From Bacteroidales bacterium (GTDB lineage: Bacteria; Bacteroidota; Bacteroidia; Bacteroidales; UBA12077): DNA of 64,000 nt. The stretch is from NCBI GenBank assembly GCA_028282785.1, contig JANQHE010000002.1:25149-89148 (forward strand), written 5' to 3'. Both the position numbers and the translations under genes were made by a program. The notes under the pieces are model-generated. The model was not told where the DNA came from. It was given only the letters and a program-made list of their open reading frames with translations, and ran no database searches. Below are positions 39,117-49,404 of this stretch, one piece after another. How positions within the stretch are numbered: position 1 is the first letter of the stretch; each line of letters starts with the position of its first letter.

Positions 39117-39728
39117 TTATTTAACTTCATATTCAACGATAGCTCTTTTTCTACCATCATCTAAAGTAATTTCATTTAGAAAAACTCCGCCCATAAATTT
39201 AATAGTCTTCACTACTCTTTTATTAGTCATATCAACTTCTGATCTAACCTTAGACGCACCCATTTCTTTCATAATTTTGTGCCATATATTATGCATTTTC
39301 AGTGAGTCGGCAGCATCTTTAGAATCAGGATGCCATGCCCAATACTCTCCTCTAGGACCTTTTTCTACTCTAAAACTACCTTCTTTTTTATTTAAGGAAC
39401 GGAATCGTTTAAAAATTTCTTTTAACAATTTAAGGTTTGCTAAAACATTAGGAAGTGCAGCAAACCCAAACCTAAGTTTATTTTTTGAAATCGCCAATTG
39501 ATGTTCTTCAGAAAACATAGTTCCTGAATGAAATCCAACTAACTCACCCTTCTCTTCAGCCAATACTATTAAACTATTCTTTTCTTTTAAAAATACTTTA
39601 TAGTACTGGTTAAGAAAAACAATTCCTAGTTTATGCATAAATGCATCAACTTGTTTTTTTGCGCAAATATAATGCAACTTAGCTAATTTATTAGAATCAT
39701 TAATTTTTGCTATTCTGTAAGTAATCAT
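39117..39728 (-). CDS. Putative GNAT-like protein
   Basis: YRIAKINDS..LAKLH, LG..FL.QYY, VLAEEKGELVGF; acetyl-CoA motif degenerate. Confidence 0.55.
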   Translation of the reverse strand: MITYRIAKINDSNKLAKLHYICAKKQVDAFMHKLGIVFLNQYYKVFLKEKNSLIVLAEEKGELVGFHSGTMFSEEHQLAISKNKLRFGFAALPNVLANLKLLKEIFKRFRSLNKKEGSFRVEKGPRGEYWAWHPDSKDAADSLKMHNIWHKIMKEMGASKVRSEVDMTNKRVVKTIKFMGGVFLNEITLDDGRKRAIVEYEVK

Positions 39729-39823
39729 TCAAAAATATCTATTAATTTCTCTGTTAATAATCGTTGAAGTGCATTCCTAACTTTTAGGAACATTTCCTCA
39801 TATACTTTCATGTCTAACTCTGC
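39725..39823 (-). pseudogene. 3' relic of a WbuB-like GT4
   Basis: Translates AELDMKVYEEMFLKVRNALQRLLTEKLIDIFE*, resembling the C-terminus of 39867..41105; its TGA overlaps the next ATG. Confidence 0.5.
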
Positions 39824-39866
39824 AATTTAATAATCAAATCTTTAATTGCATATTTTAAATTGCCTA

Positions 39867-41105
39867 CTAATTTATTAATTTTTCAAACTTTATTGTTAAT
39901 CTACGATAATCATAATCTTCAGCTGCTTTCCTCGCATTTTGGCAAATTTTATTATATTCTTCCTTATCCATATTTGCAAAACTTAATATTGCATTTGCAT
40001 ATTCCTTTGCATCCTTAAAATCCTTAGCAATACCTAGATTGTATTTACTTATTGGGCAATAGTTTCTTCTAATGTTTGCACAAATTGGCTTTCCACTAGC
40101 CATATACTGAAAAGATTTACTTTGACTACCCCCAAATCTTACCGTAGCTCTCTTTTTATAATTCAATATATTTAGAGAACTTCTAGATAACACGTATGGA
40201 ACATATTTCATTTCAATCCATTTTTGCTTAAACGTAACATTTGAAAGTTTATTCGTTTTGCAATAATTTTCTAAATACGATCTTTGATCACCATCACCAT
40301 ATATTAGAAACTTAATATTCTCTTCACTTTTTAATTTTTCAGCGGCATGAATTAATTGAATTACATCATTTGCTAAACGAATAGAACCTAAATAGACTAC
40401 CTTGAACAACGTTTCATTTTCTAAATCAGGGTCATTAATTCTATACAAATTCTTATTTTCATCAAAATCCTTTAAATCAACACCATTATTTATATAATGG
40501 ACTTTGTTTAAATCAATTTTCCCACCTGATTCTAAATCCCAACCTTTTTCAACAATATAATCTTTACCCCCCTCCATTGAAAATACAAGTTCGTCTGCTC
40601 TATGGTATAACCATCTTTCCGCAATATATGCAAGTTTTAACAATGGATTGTGCTTAGAAATCAAACCCAGTGCTACAAAAGACTCAGGCCACAAATCAAG
40701 AACATCAATAATGTATTTCGCTTTAAATCTTCTTGCTAAATAATACAGTATATTATGAAAAGGAACACCTGCTAATTGATTAATTACATCTGGTTTATTA
40801 AATTTCTTAGCTAAGAAAAAAAGACGGAAACTGAATAAAATTAAGTTATAAAAACGCATAAAACCGTTACCTGAATAATTATTCGTTTTTATATGAATAA
40901 ATTTAATTCCGTCATAATCTGCTTCTATATATTTCCTTTTATCATTAATTAAATTTATGTTAGTATTGTGTATATAGCTTCCTCCAATTATAGTAACATC
41001 ATATCCAAATTCAATAAGATATTGTGCTCGCTTCAAAGTCTGAATACGTGATTCATATTTTGGTGGCACAGCGTATTGATTTATAAGCCAAATTTTCTTT
41101 TTCAC
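39867..41105 (-). CDS. GT4 glycosyltransferase (WbuB-like)
   Basis: INQYAVPP, DLWPES, NNGVD, KSFQYMASGKP; GTG start. Confidence 0.88.
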   Translation of the reverse strand: MKKKIWLINQYAVPPKYESRIQTLKRAQYLIEFGYDVTIIGGSYIHNTNINLINDKRKYIEADYDGIKFIHIKTNNYSGNGFMRFYNLILFSFRLFFLAKKFNKPDVINQLAGVPFHNILYYLARRFKAKYIIDVLDLWPESFVALGLISKHNPLLKLAYIAERWLYHRADELVFSMEGGKDYIVEKGWDLESGGKIDLNKVHYINNGVDLKDFDENKNLYRINDPDLENETLFKVVYLGSIRLANDVIQLIHAAEKLKSEENIKFLIYGDGDQRSYLENYCKTNKLSNVTFKQKWIEMKYVPYVLSRSSLNILNYKKRATVRFGGSQSKSFQYMASGKPICANIRRNYCPISKYNLGIAKDFKDAKEYANAILSFANMDKEEYNKICQNARKAAEDYDYRRLTIKFEKLIN

Positions 41106-42215
41106 TTAAAATTTATTAACTATTTCTACAACCTTACATACATCTTCCTCTGAAAGAACAGGGCTCATCGGTAATGATAAAACTTCATTATGTATTTGTT
41201 CTGTTATCTCATAACTCAAATTATTCCATTTTTTATAACAATTTTGCTTATGAGGAGGAATAGGGTAATGAATAAGAGTTTGAACATCGTTATCTGCTAA
41301 ATATTTTTGAAATTGATCTCTTTGTAATGTACGAATAACGTATAAATGCCATACGTGAGCTAAAGTTTCAATATTTTGCATATTGGATTGAGGAAGTATA
41401 ATATCTGGATGTATTATGTTCTCACAATAATATTGGGCTATTTCTCGACGACGTTGATTATCTCTATCCAATCGTTTTAATTTAACTCTTAGCATGGCCG
41501 CTTGTATCTCGTCCAGCCTTGAATTGAGTCCCTTATAGTCATTAACATATTTTTTAGAGCTTCCATAATTTGCCAAAGCCCTAATAATCGATTCGAGTTT
41601 TTTATCATTAGTTGTAATAGCACCGCCATCACCTAACGCTCCAATATTTTTACCTGGATAAAAACTATGTCCTGCAGCATCACCTATAGAACCTGTACGC
41701 TGTTTACCATAAAAGCATCCAGCCGCCTGCGCATTGTCTTCAATAAGCTTCAGATTATATTTCTCTAGCAGAGATTGAATTTCAGGTTGCATCGCATTTT
41801 GACCATATAAATGCACTAACATAATCGCTTTTGTACAGTTAGTTATTTTTTCCTCAATAAGTGAAGGGGCAATATTATAAGTATTAATATCCGGCTCTAC
41901 CAAAACAGGTACCAGACGATTATCTGTAATAGCCAATATTGATGCAATATATGTGTTTGCGGGCACAATTATTTCATCACCTTCCTCCATTTGTCCCATT
42001 TCAATATAAGCTTTCAAAATTACCCGTAATGCATCAAGACCGTTAGCAACTCCTATACAATATTTTGCACCTATATAGTTTGCATATTCTTCTTCAAAGG
42101 TTTTCACTTCATTCCCAAGTAAATAGTAGCCAGAATCAAGAACTCTTTTTACTGCATTAGTCAATTCGGGTTCAAAACTGTCATTAATACCCTTAAGATC
42201 AAGAAATTTTATCAT
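41106..42215 (-). CDS. fdtB: dTDP-3-amino-3,6-dideoxyhexose aminotransferase (FdtB/QdtB-like)
   Basis: [37 protein letters not shown]. Confidence 0.85.
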   Translation of the reverse strand: MIKFLDLKGINDSFEPELTNAVKRVLDSGYYLLGNEVKTFEEEYANYIGAKYCIGVANGLDALRVILKAYIEMGQMEEGDEIIVPANTYIASILAITDNRLVPVLVEPDINTYNIAPSLIEEKITNCTKAIMLVHLYGQNAMQPEIQSLLEKYNLKLIEDNAQAAGCFYGKQRTGSIGDAAGHSFYPGKNIGALGDGGAITTNDKKLESIIRALANYGSSKKYVNDYKGLNSRLDEIQAAMLRVKLKRLDRDNQRRREIAQYYCENIIHPDIILPQSNMQNIETLAHVWHLYVIRTLQRDQFQKYLADNDVQTLIHYPIPPHKQNCYKKWNNLSYEITEQIHNEVLSLPMSPVLSEEDVCKVVEIVNKF

Positions 42216-42924
42216 TTTTTCTTTCTTTTATATATTTTGCTGGAGAACCATAATAAACACCATTGCTCTCTATAGTTTTTGTGATTAATGATTTGGCTCC
42301 AATTGTATTGTTATCACCTATAATAAGATTATCCAAAATTGTAACATTTGGCCCTATAAGGTTATTGTTCCCAATTTTTGGACCTACCATTTTATCAGAG
42401 TATCCTTCAATCCCAAATGTTTTATCACTAACACAAGTAAATCCAGAACTAATAAAATTATTTTTACCAATTACCGTACCTGATGCCAAAGACGATAATT
42501 GTATTATTCTAGTTCCCTTGCCAACAAAACAGTCTTTTTGAATAAAAGAATTTGTCCCAATAATGTTATCACCTTCAATAACACTTCTCTCTCTGATTAC
42601 TACATTTTCTGCTATCAAAGAATCATTTCCAATTAGAACATTATTATATATAGTAACAGAACATCCAATAACTGAATTCTTACAAATTTTTGTTGAATGA
42701 GATCCTTCTTGAACTTTACTTTGAATTGTTTTTACACCCATTGGTGCCCTTCCAATTACACAATTATCCCATATATATACATTATCCTCTATTTCAACAT
42801 TTGGATAAATAGTAACATTATTCCCAATTGTAACATTATTCCCAATTACGCAAGTATCATCAATAACGCAATTTTCATGAATGATAACATTTGAACCTAT
42901 TTGTTTAGTTTTTTTATTTATCAT
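42199..42924 (-). CDS. Hexapeptide-repeat (left-handed beta-helix) acyltransferase
   Basis: Many IG-x-N-V-x-I hexapeptides; C-terminal GSPAK. Confidence 0.85.
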   Translation of the reverse strand: MINKKTKQIGSNVIIHENCVIDDTCVIGNNVTIGNNVTIYPNVEIEDNVYIWDNCVIGRAPMGVKTIQSKVQEGSHSTKICKNSVIGCSVTIYNNVLIGNDSLIAENVVIRERSVIEGDNIIGTNSFIQKDCFVGKGTRIIQLSSLASGTVIGKNNFISSGFTCVSDKTFGIEGYSDKMVGPKIGNNNLIGPNVTILDNLIIGDNNTIGAKSLITKTIESNGVYYGSPAKYIKERKNDKIS

Positions 42925-43339
42925 ATGTGATTTCTTTATAAGTTTTAAAATCTTTATAATCTCTTATATAATCGTTTTCATCATATTTATGAGAAGCAAG
43001 TACAAGACATATGGCACCTGAAGAAAACTCTATCAATTCACGCCAAATACCTGGAACAATTAGTAATCCATAATCTGGACGATTTAAAGTAACAATTTTT
43101 TTATTGATCCCATCATCTATCATAACATCAAATGAACCACTAGCACTAACAATTAACTGATAAAGTTCTTTATGCCCATGCCCTCCACGTGCCTCACCAC
43201 CAGGTATATCATATAAATAATAAATTCTTTTTACATCAAAGGGGATGTTCTTTTGCCCCTCTACAATAGTAATATTCCCATCCCTGTTATGTATTTTATT
43301 TAATGGAAGTATAACACAATCATAAACACTACCGGTCAT
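42914..43339 (-). CDS. fdtA: FdtA/QdtA-like sugar 3,4-ketoisomerase (cupin)
   Basis: RIYYLYDIPGGEARGGHGH, IWRE, YIRDY. Confidence 0.85.
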   Translation of the reverse strand: MTGSVYDCVILPLNKIHNRDGNITIVEGQKNIPFDVKRIYYLYDIPGGEARGGHGHKELYQLIVSASGSFDVMIDDGINKKIVTLNRPDYGLLIVPGIWRELIEFSSGAICLVLASHKYDENDYIRDYKDFKTYKEITYDK

Positions 43340-43739
43340 ATTCCCTCCTAAATTTTTTATATTTTTGATAGTCTCTTATATAATCCAATTCATTATAATG
43401 AGTAGAACTCATGATTAATGCTAGTGAATTGGTGGAAAAATTTTGCATCTGCCTCCATAAACCAGCAGAAATATAAAGGCCATAATAAGAACGATTTAAA
43501 GTAAAAGTTTGTTTCGTTTTGCCATTATCTATTACAACATCAAAGCTTCCAGATAAAGCCACAATAAACTCTTGCTGTTCTTTAAAAGCATGCCCTCCCC
43601 TCAATTGTCCACCTGGTACATCGTAAATCCAATAAGTCCTTTTAACTTTGAATGGAATATGATTTTCTTCTTCAATAAAAGAAAGATTACCTCTTTGATC
43701 TTCTATTTTAGGAAGATGCATAATTTTTACTTGTTCCAT
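43329..43739 (-). CDS. fdtA: FdtA/WxcM-like cupin, second copy
   Basis: DQRGNLSFIE, RGGHAFK, LWRQM, YIRDY. Confidence 0.85.
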   Translation of the reverse strand: MEQVKIMHLPKIEDQRGNLSFIEEENHIPFKVKRTYWIYDVPGGQLRGGHAFKEQQEFIVALSGSFDVVIDNGKTKQTFTLNRSYYGLYISAGLWRQMQNFSTNSLALIMSSTHYNELDYIRDYQKYKKFRREYDR

Positions 43740-43750
43740 TTTTATCTATA

Positions 43751-44950
43751 TTAATAATCTAATGCATTTATGTATTTTAATGCTACTTTATAATCAGTTA
43801 ATCCTTTTGCTGTAGCAATTGCATTATCAGAAATTTGCTTTCTCTCATCAGGAGTTAATTGATTTATCTGTCTAATGATTTGAGCCAATTCTTTTTCATT
43901 ACCCGCTTCACATAAAAAACCATTTATTCCATGTTTAATAATGCCATCAATACCTTCATTTCTTGAACCAATTGTTATACATCCTCTTGCCATTGATTCC
44001 AAATACACTAAGCCAAAAGCCTCTCCTTTACTAATCAGTATCATACAATCAGATTCATCAATTTTTTTTAATATTTGATCTCTAGGAATAAAACCTTCAA
44101 GGATTACTCTATCTTCAAGTTTTAAAGATTTAGTCAAATCCCTTATATTTAATGCTTCAGCACCTCTTCCAATATAAGAAATTTTAAAACTTTTTTGTCC
44201 ATAAACAGAGTGAATAGCATTAATTAAAGTTGTAGGGTTCTTCCTCTTTATCAATAAACCAATATATAAAAACTTTAATAAATTACCTTCAAATTTCCTA
44301 TTATTAGTTTTTACAATATAATTTTCTGGAATTCCAGAGTAACAATAAAAATTTTGTTTTTGTTCTCCAAAATTATTTTCAAATTCCATTTTAACTTGCA
44401 ATGAACGAAAACCCCAAATATCAATTTTACTCATTAACTCATGATATCGATTCTTATAAATTCTTTTTATGCTATCTCCATTGTCATGCATAACGATACA
44501 TGTTCTTGCAGAATATTCACTTTTAAGAGCTGCTACAATCTCTAACTGAGGATTAGAAAAATGCCCAATTATAATATCTGGAACAAATACAGAATCACTA
44601 TTTTGTTTAATAATCTTCTCTATCTGCTTGCGTATAATTCTTTTTGCGAATTTTCCTTGTGGAATCCGTTTAAAAATGGGGTTTCGATGCACTTCTACAC
44701 CATCCATTATATAAGTTTTATCTCCTTTCTCCTTTGAAGTATAAACTATCGCACCCGTTAAACTTGCTATTTTATCACGAAATAATTTGGCCAATAAGTA
44801 AAAAATAGTTGAATATACAACTTGGTGATGGACAACTTTAACTTTATAGCCCAATTTTACCCATTCCTTAGCAAAGTATTGGATTACCGGAGTACCATAT
44901 TTTAGATCAGGAGCAGGATATATTGTTGATAATATAAGAATATTTTTCAC
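43751..44950 (-). CDS. GT4 glycosyltransferase
   Basis: EAFGLVYLESMARG, GINGFL; GTG start. Confidence 0.88.
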   Translation of the reverse strand: MKNILILSTIYPAPDLKYGTPVIQYFAKEWVKLGYKVKVVHHQVVYSTIFYLLAKLFRDKIASLTGAIVYTSKEKGDKTYIMDGVEVHRNPIFKRIPQGKFAKRIIRKQIEKIIKQNSDSVFVPDIIIGHFSNPQLEIVAALKSEYSARTCIVMHDNGDSIKRIYKNRYHELMSKIDIWGFRSLQVKMEFENNFGEQKQNFYCYSGIPENYIVKTNNRKFEGNLLKFLYIGLLIKRKNPTTLINAIHSVYGQKSFKISYIGRGAEALNIRDLTKSLKLEDRVILEGFIPRDQILKKIDESDCMILISKGEAFGLVYLESMARGCITIGSRNEGIDGIIKHGINGFLCEAGNEKELAQIIRQINQLTPDERKQISDNAIATAKGLTDYKVALKYINALDY

Positions 44951-44997
44951 AGTTTGTTAATTGTTAGTTTATTTTAAATTATTGTGCGATCTAGTAT

Positions 44998-46134
44998 TTA
45001 TTGTTTTCTCCATATCATTTTATTAACAATACCGGTATAACTCTGAATAAGCTTAACTACTTTTGTTGAAACACATTCATCAACATAGGCAGGAACATCA
45101 CAAGCAATATCATTATTTCTTTTCATTTCAACAGCCATATTAACAGCTTGTAAAATTTGATCTGATGAAATTGAACCTATAATAAAAACTCCTTTATCCA
45201 TAGCCTCTGGTCTTTCAGTAGATGTCCTAATAGACACTGCTGGAAAATCAAAGAAAGCACTTTCTTCCGGTACCGTTCCACTATCGGAAACTACGCAAAA
45301 AGCATTCTGCTGAAGCTTATTGTAATCAAAAAAACCTAAAGGTTCGTTTAAAATTACATTCTTATGAAATTTGAAACCACGCTGTTGAATATATTTCTTT
45401 GATCTAGGGTGACAACTATATAGAATTGGAATATCATAGGTAATTGCCATTTCGTTAATAGCGTTCATCAATGATAAGAAATTAGTTTCAATATCAATAT
45501 TTTCTTCTCTATGTGCTGATAATAATATATACTTACCTGCTTCTAAACCTAACTTGTTTAATATTTTGCTTTCATATATTTGCTGCATAGACTCCTGCAA
45601 CACTTCAGCCATTGGTGATCCCACAACATATGTATATTCAGGTTTAGCTCCTGAATCAAGAATATACCTTCTGGCATTTTCTGAATAGCAAAAATTAATA
45701 TCACTGGTAACATCAACTATTCGACGAATAACTTCTTCCGGTAAATTTTCATCTTTACAACGATTACCTGCTTCCATATGGTAAATTGGTATCTTAAGTC
45801 GTTTAGCTGAAATTACACTCAAACATGAATTAGTATCACCTAATACAATAATTGCTTCTGGATTTACTTCTACCATTAACTCATATGACTTGGCTATCAC
45901 ATTTCCCATTGTCTGTCCAAGGTTTTCACCTACAACTCCAAGATAGTAGTCTGGTTCCCTTAAGCCAAGGTCTTTAAAAAAAACCTCGTTCAATGTATAA
46001 TCGTAATTTTGCCCTGTATGCACTAAAATATGATCAAAGTATTTGTCACTCTTTTTAATGATTGCAGACATTTTAATTATTTCAGGACGCGTCCCAACAA
46101 TTGTCATTAGTTTCAACTTCTTCATATTGATCAA
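44998..46134 (-). CDS. UDP-2-acetamido-2,6-dideoxyhexose 2-epimerase (FnlC/WbjD/QnlB-like)
   Basis: GTRPEIIK, HTGQNYD, LGDTNS, HMEAGNR, SDSGT..EE. Confidence 0.88.
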   Translation of the reverse strand: MINMKKLKLMTIVGTRPEIIKMSAIIKKSDKYFDHILVHTGQNYDYTLNEVFFKDLGLREPDYYLGVVGENLGQTMGNVIAKSYELMVEVNPEAIIVLGDTNSCLSVISAKRLKIPIYHMEAGNRCKDENLPEEVIRRIVDVTSDINFCYSENARRYILDSGAKPEYTYVVGSPMAEVLQESMQQIYESKILNKLGLEAGKYILLSAHREENIDIETNFLSLMNAINEMAITYDIPILYSCHPRSKKYIQQRGFKFHKNVILNEPLGFFDYNKLQQNAFCVVSDSGTVPEESAFFDFPAVSIRTSTERPEAMDKGVFIIGSISSDQILQAVNMAVEMKRNNDIACDVPAYVDECVSTKVVKLIQSYTGIVNKMIWRKQ

Positions 46135-47003
46135 ATAGAAATGTTATAATGAGAATAAAGATATTTGTGTTTTTTTACCCACTCAGCAAGTTCTGCTACC
46201 ATAGTTTCGTAATCCGGAATTAAATAACTGAATTCAAATCGAATTCGTTTAAGTGATTTATCAGCACTAATTCCATCAACGGGCTTTATTTTTAAAGAAT
46301 TTCCTCTTAAATATTTATTAAAAAGTAATAATAAATCATATTTTGAAATAGAATGATCGGGAACCATATTATATAAGCCATAAGCCTTTTCCCTTGCTGC
46401 TACTTCCATTGTTTTGGCAAGTTGTAATGTTGTTTGGCCTGTCCACATAGCTTTTGTGTAGCCATTAACCTCACTACTTTGTTGCATAAACCAGTTTAGA
46501 AGTCCAATGCCAGTAGTATTTATATCAGGTCCTACAATAGAGTTTCTCAAAGTAATATTTTTATTATCTTCTAATTCACCCAGAGCTTTGGATCTATCAT
46601 AAAATGTCGTACCATCAGGGAAATCATCCTCAGTATAATTTCCACATTTACCGGAAAACACACAATCAGTGCTCATATGAATTATCTGTGTATCTGTACT
46701 TGAAGTTATATCTGCTAAAAAGTGAGGAAAATATGAATTTAGAAAACTAGCCTCAGCCTTATTTTGTTCTGCAAATTGATTAAGAATCCCGATTCCATTA
46801 ATTACTGAATCAAATTTATTTTCCAAAATAAACTTTCGTAAAAAATCTGTATCAAATGCGTTACCATCAATGCTATCAACATACTTTGATTTTGTTAATC
46901 CAAAACCAATAACTTCATGTCCTTGCTCTTTTAAATACAAAGAGATGATATGACCAGCCATGCCATTACAGCCTAAAATAAAAAACTTCATATTATTTCG
47001 CAT
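46131..47003 (-). CDS. RmlD-like 4-keto reductase (QnlA/WbvR-like)
   Basis: LGCNGMAGH, HMSTDCVFSG, YDRSKALGE; 290 aa with no FnlB-type cupin tail. Confidence 0.8.
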   Translation of the reverse strand: MRNNMKFFILGCNGMAGHIISLYLKEQGHEVIGFGLTKSKYVDSIDGNAFDTDFLRKFILENKFDSVINGIGILNQFAEQNKAEASFLNSYFPHFLADITSSTDTQIIHMSTDCVFSGKCGNYTEDDFPDGTTFYDRSKALGELEDNKNITLRNSIVGPDINTTGIGLLNWFMQQSSEVNGYTKAMWTGQTTLQLAKTMEVAAREKAYGLYNMVPDHSISKYDLLLLFNKYLRGNSLKIKPVDGISADKSLKRIRFEFSYLIPDYETMVAELAEWVKKHKYLYSHYNISI

Positions 47004-47006
47004 CTA

Positions 47007-48020
47007 TTAATTAATAATTTCTTGCATATACTCAAGTGATAGTAACTTTTCCTTAACCTCATCAACAGTAAGTCGGTGGGTATTATGAGAGTTGTAGTCT
47101 TCTGAAGAAGATGTCTTAATATCACCATTTGAAAAAAATTTTCCATAATTTAAATCTCGATTATCTGCAGGTATTCGGTAAAAATCACCCATATCTTCAG
47201 CTTTCATCATTTCTTCTCTTGTACAAAGTGTCTCATATAATTTTTCACCGTGTCGAGTTCCTATTATTTTTAATTCTGCTTTTGAATTCATTACCTCTTT
47301 AACAGCAGTTGCTAAATCTTCTATGGTTGATGCTGGTGCTTTTTGCACAAATAAATCACCCTGTCTGGCATTTTTAAATGCGAAAAGAACTAAATCTACA
47401 GCTTCATCTAATGACATTAAATATCTTGTCATTTTTGGATCTGTAATTGTCATAGGCTGTCCTGATTTTATTTGATTAACAAACAAAGGTATAACTGAGC
47501 CTCTAGATGCCATTACATTTCCGTACCTAGTACAACTAATCGTAGTTTCCTCTTCTAATATATTTCTTGATTCGGCTACAACTACTTTTTCCATCAAAGC
47601 TTTTGAAATACCCATTGCATTAATTGGGTAAGCTGCTTTATCAGTACTTAGACAAACCACATTTCTTACTTTAAACTTTACTGCTGAACGAATAACGTTG
47701 CCAGTCCCTAAAACATTTGTTTGAGTTGCCTCCAATGGAAAAAATTCACAGGATGGAACTTGTTTAAGTGCTGCAGCATGAAAAACGTAATCAACACCCC
47801 TCATTGCATTATCAATACTAGCAATATCTCTTACATTTCCAATATAAAATTTTAATTTGGGATTCTTATACTTATTTCGCATATCGTCTTGTTTCTTTTC
47901 ATCTCGAGAAAAGATACGAATTTCTGCAATATCAGTATTAAGAAACCGGTTCAGAACAGCATTTCCAAACGAACCGGTACCTCCCGTAATCAACAGGGTT
48001 TTATTTTTAAATAACGACAT
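47007..48020 (-). CDS. fnlA: UDP-GlcNAc 4,6-dehydratase/5-epimerase (FnlA/WbjB/CapE)
   Basis: TGGTGSFG, SRDEKKQDDMR, AALKQVPSCEFFP, MGISK, RHGEKLYETL. Confidence 0.92.
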   Translation of the reverse strand: MSLFKNKTLLITGGTGSFGNAVLNRFLNTDIAEIRIFSRDEKKQDDMRNKYKNPKLKFYIGNVRDIASIDNAMRGVDYVFHAAALKQVPSCEFFPLEATQTNVLGTGNVIRSAVKFKVRNVVCLSTDKAAYPINAMGISKALMEKVVVAESRNILEEETTISCTRYGNVMASRGSVIPLFVNQIKSGQPMTITDPKMTRYLMSLDEAVDLVLFAFKNARQGDLFVQKAPASTIEDLATAVKEVMNSKAELKIIGTRHGEKLYETLCTREEMMKAEDMGDFYRIPADNRDLNYGKFFSNGDIKTSSSEDYNSHNTHRLTVDEVKEKLLSLEYMQEIIN

Positions 48021-48035
48021 ATTCTAATTTATAAT

Positions 48036-49328
48036 TTAATTAATTTTTGGAAGTGATTCTCGCCTGTATTTCTTATTTCTAATAATTACCTTATATGTAT
48101 TTTTTATAAAAACAAATATTTCCTTTATTGAAATTTTATTATAAAAATTATATACAAAATTAGTTGCAATGGCTGCATCAAAAATATTATTTATGCCTAA
48201 TTCTGTCCCTTCAAATCTTATGGAATTAGTGAGTACAAAACCATGTACATCTTCCATGGTAATTATCTTTCGTTTGGTTTTTATAACTAATTGATTAAAC
48301 AATTCCAATAAATTATGTTGTTTGGCAATCTCCTTAAGAATTTTCAATTCTCTGATTAAAACATCCTCTTCAAACGAACCGTTTTCAATCAATTTAAATG
48401 AAGCACGTATCAGAGCTTCAAATGAAATAGGTTCGAATTTACCTGGCCATCCAGGTAGATCTTTCGCAGTCAGTAAATAATCAGCAGTCATAAGCGTTGC
48501 TAATGGTGAGTATTCCTGAGATGCTAATTCTACATGCATTTTTCTTTTGATGTTATCCTTAAAAAATTGCTGGGCTGCTTCTCTAGAATCTTTATCCGTT
48601 CGTTTATAATTTCTCCCTTGAGATTTGATTGTACTTCCCACAATAGATAAAGGTTCATTAGTAAATGCATAATCATTGACTTCTCCTGCTAATACAACGC
48701 TAGAAAATCCATCAGGAGTAGCACAATAATAAAAACTATTATCTTTTGTTCTGGACTTCACTTTATCAATTAACATAGTTGAAGCAACCGCCTTCATGAA
48801 AAGCATTGGACATTCATCAATCTGATAAAAAAAGGTTTTTGATAATCGATTTAAAAATGCTTCAGATTTAATAAATTTTACTCCAACATTTTTTTTCCTT
48901 TTTACATAAAAAGTATTTTTACCTCCTTCATGATCAGGATAGGTGAATCCTGCTGGGGTCCACGTTAGCAATTCCCTTTTTGTTTTTGAAAGAATATCAT
49001 ACATTCGCCAAAAACATCCAGGAGCAAGACCATCATCCCCGCCAAGCGCCATTACATAACCTGGTCTTACTTGATTAAGAGCAAACTCAAAATTATCTCT
49101 CATTCCAAGATGTTGTTCATGTGCAAACAATTTAATTCGTGCGTCCTTTTCCATTAATTCACGGACAACTTCAACTGAATTGTCTTTACTACAATCGTCA
49201 GAAACAATAATTTCAAAATTTGGATAATCTTGTAACATACAAGTTCGCAAAGTATGAATTAAATACTCTGCCCTATTTTTTTGTGGTATTATAACAGTAA
49301 ATAAGGGATAATCTATTATTTTTTTCAT
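48036..49328 (-). CDS. GT2 glycosyltransferase
   Basis: FTVIIP, EIIVSDDCSKD, LGGDD; TAATTTTG -7 element just upstream. Confidence 0.85.
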   Translation of the reverse strand: MKKIIDYPLFTVIIPQKNRAEYLIHTLRTCMLQDYPNFEIIVSDDCSKDNSVEVVRELMEKDARIKLFAHEQHLGMRDNFEFALNQVRPGYVMALGGDDGLAPGCFWRMYDILSKTKRELLTWTPAGFTYPDHEGGKNTFYVKRKKNVGVKFIKSEAFLNRLSKTFFYQIDECPMLFMKAVASTMLIDKVKSRTKDNSFYYCATPDGFSSVVLAGEVNDYAFTNEPLSIVGSTIKSQGRNYKRTDKDSREAAQQFFKDNIKRKMHVELASQEYSPLATLMTADYLLTAKDLPGWPGKFEPISFEALIRASFKLIENGSFEEDVLIRELKILKEIAKQHNLLELFNQLVIKTKRKIITMEDVHGFVLTNSIRFEGTELGINNIFDAAIATNFVYNFYNKISIKEIFVFIKNTYKVIIRNKKYRRESLPKIN

Positions 49329-49404
49329 AGTCTTAGCGCAAAATTATTTAATATTTACTATAGTTAATAATTTGTTTTATACTCTATTTCAATTTATATA
49401 AAAA

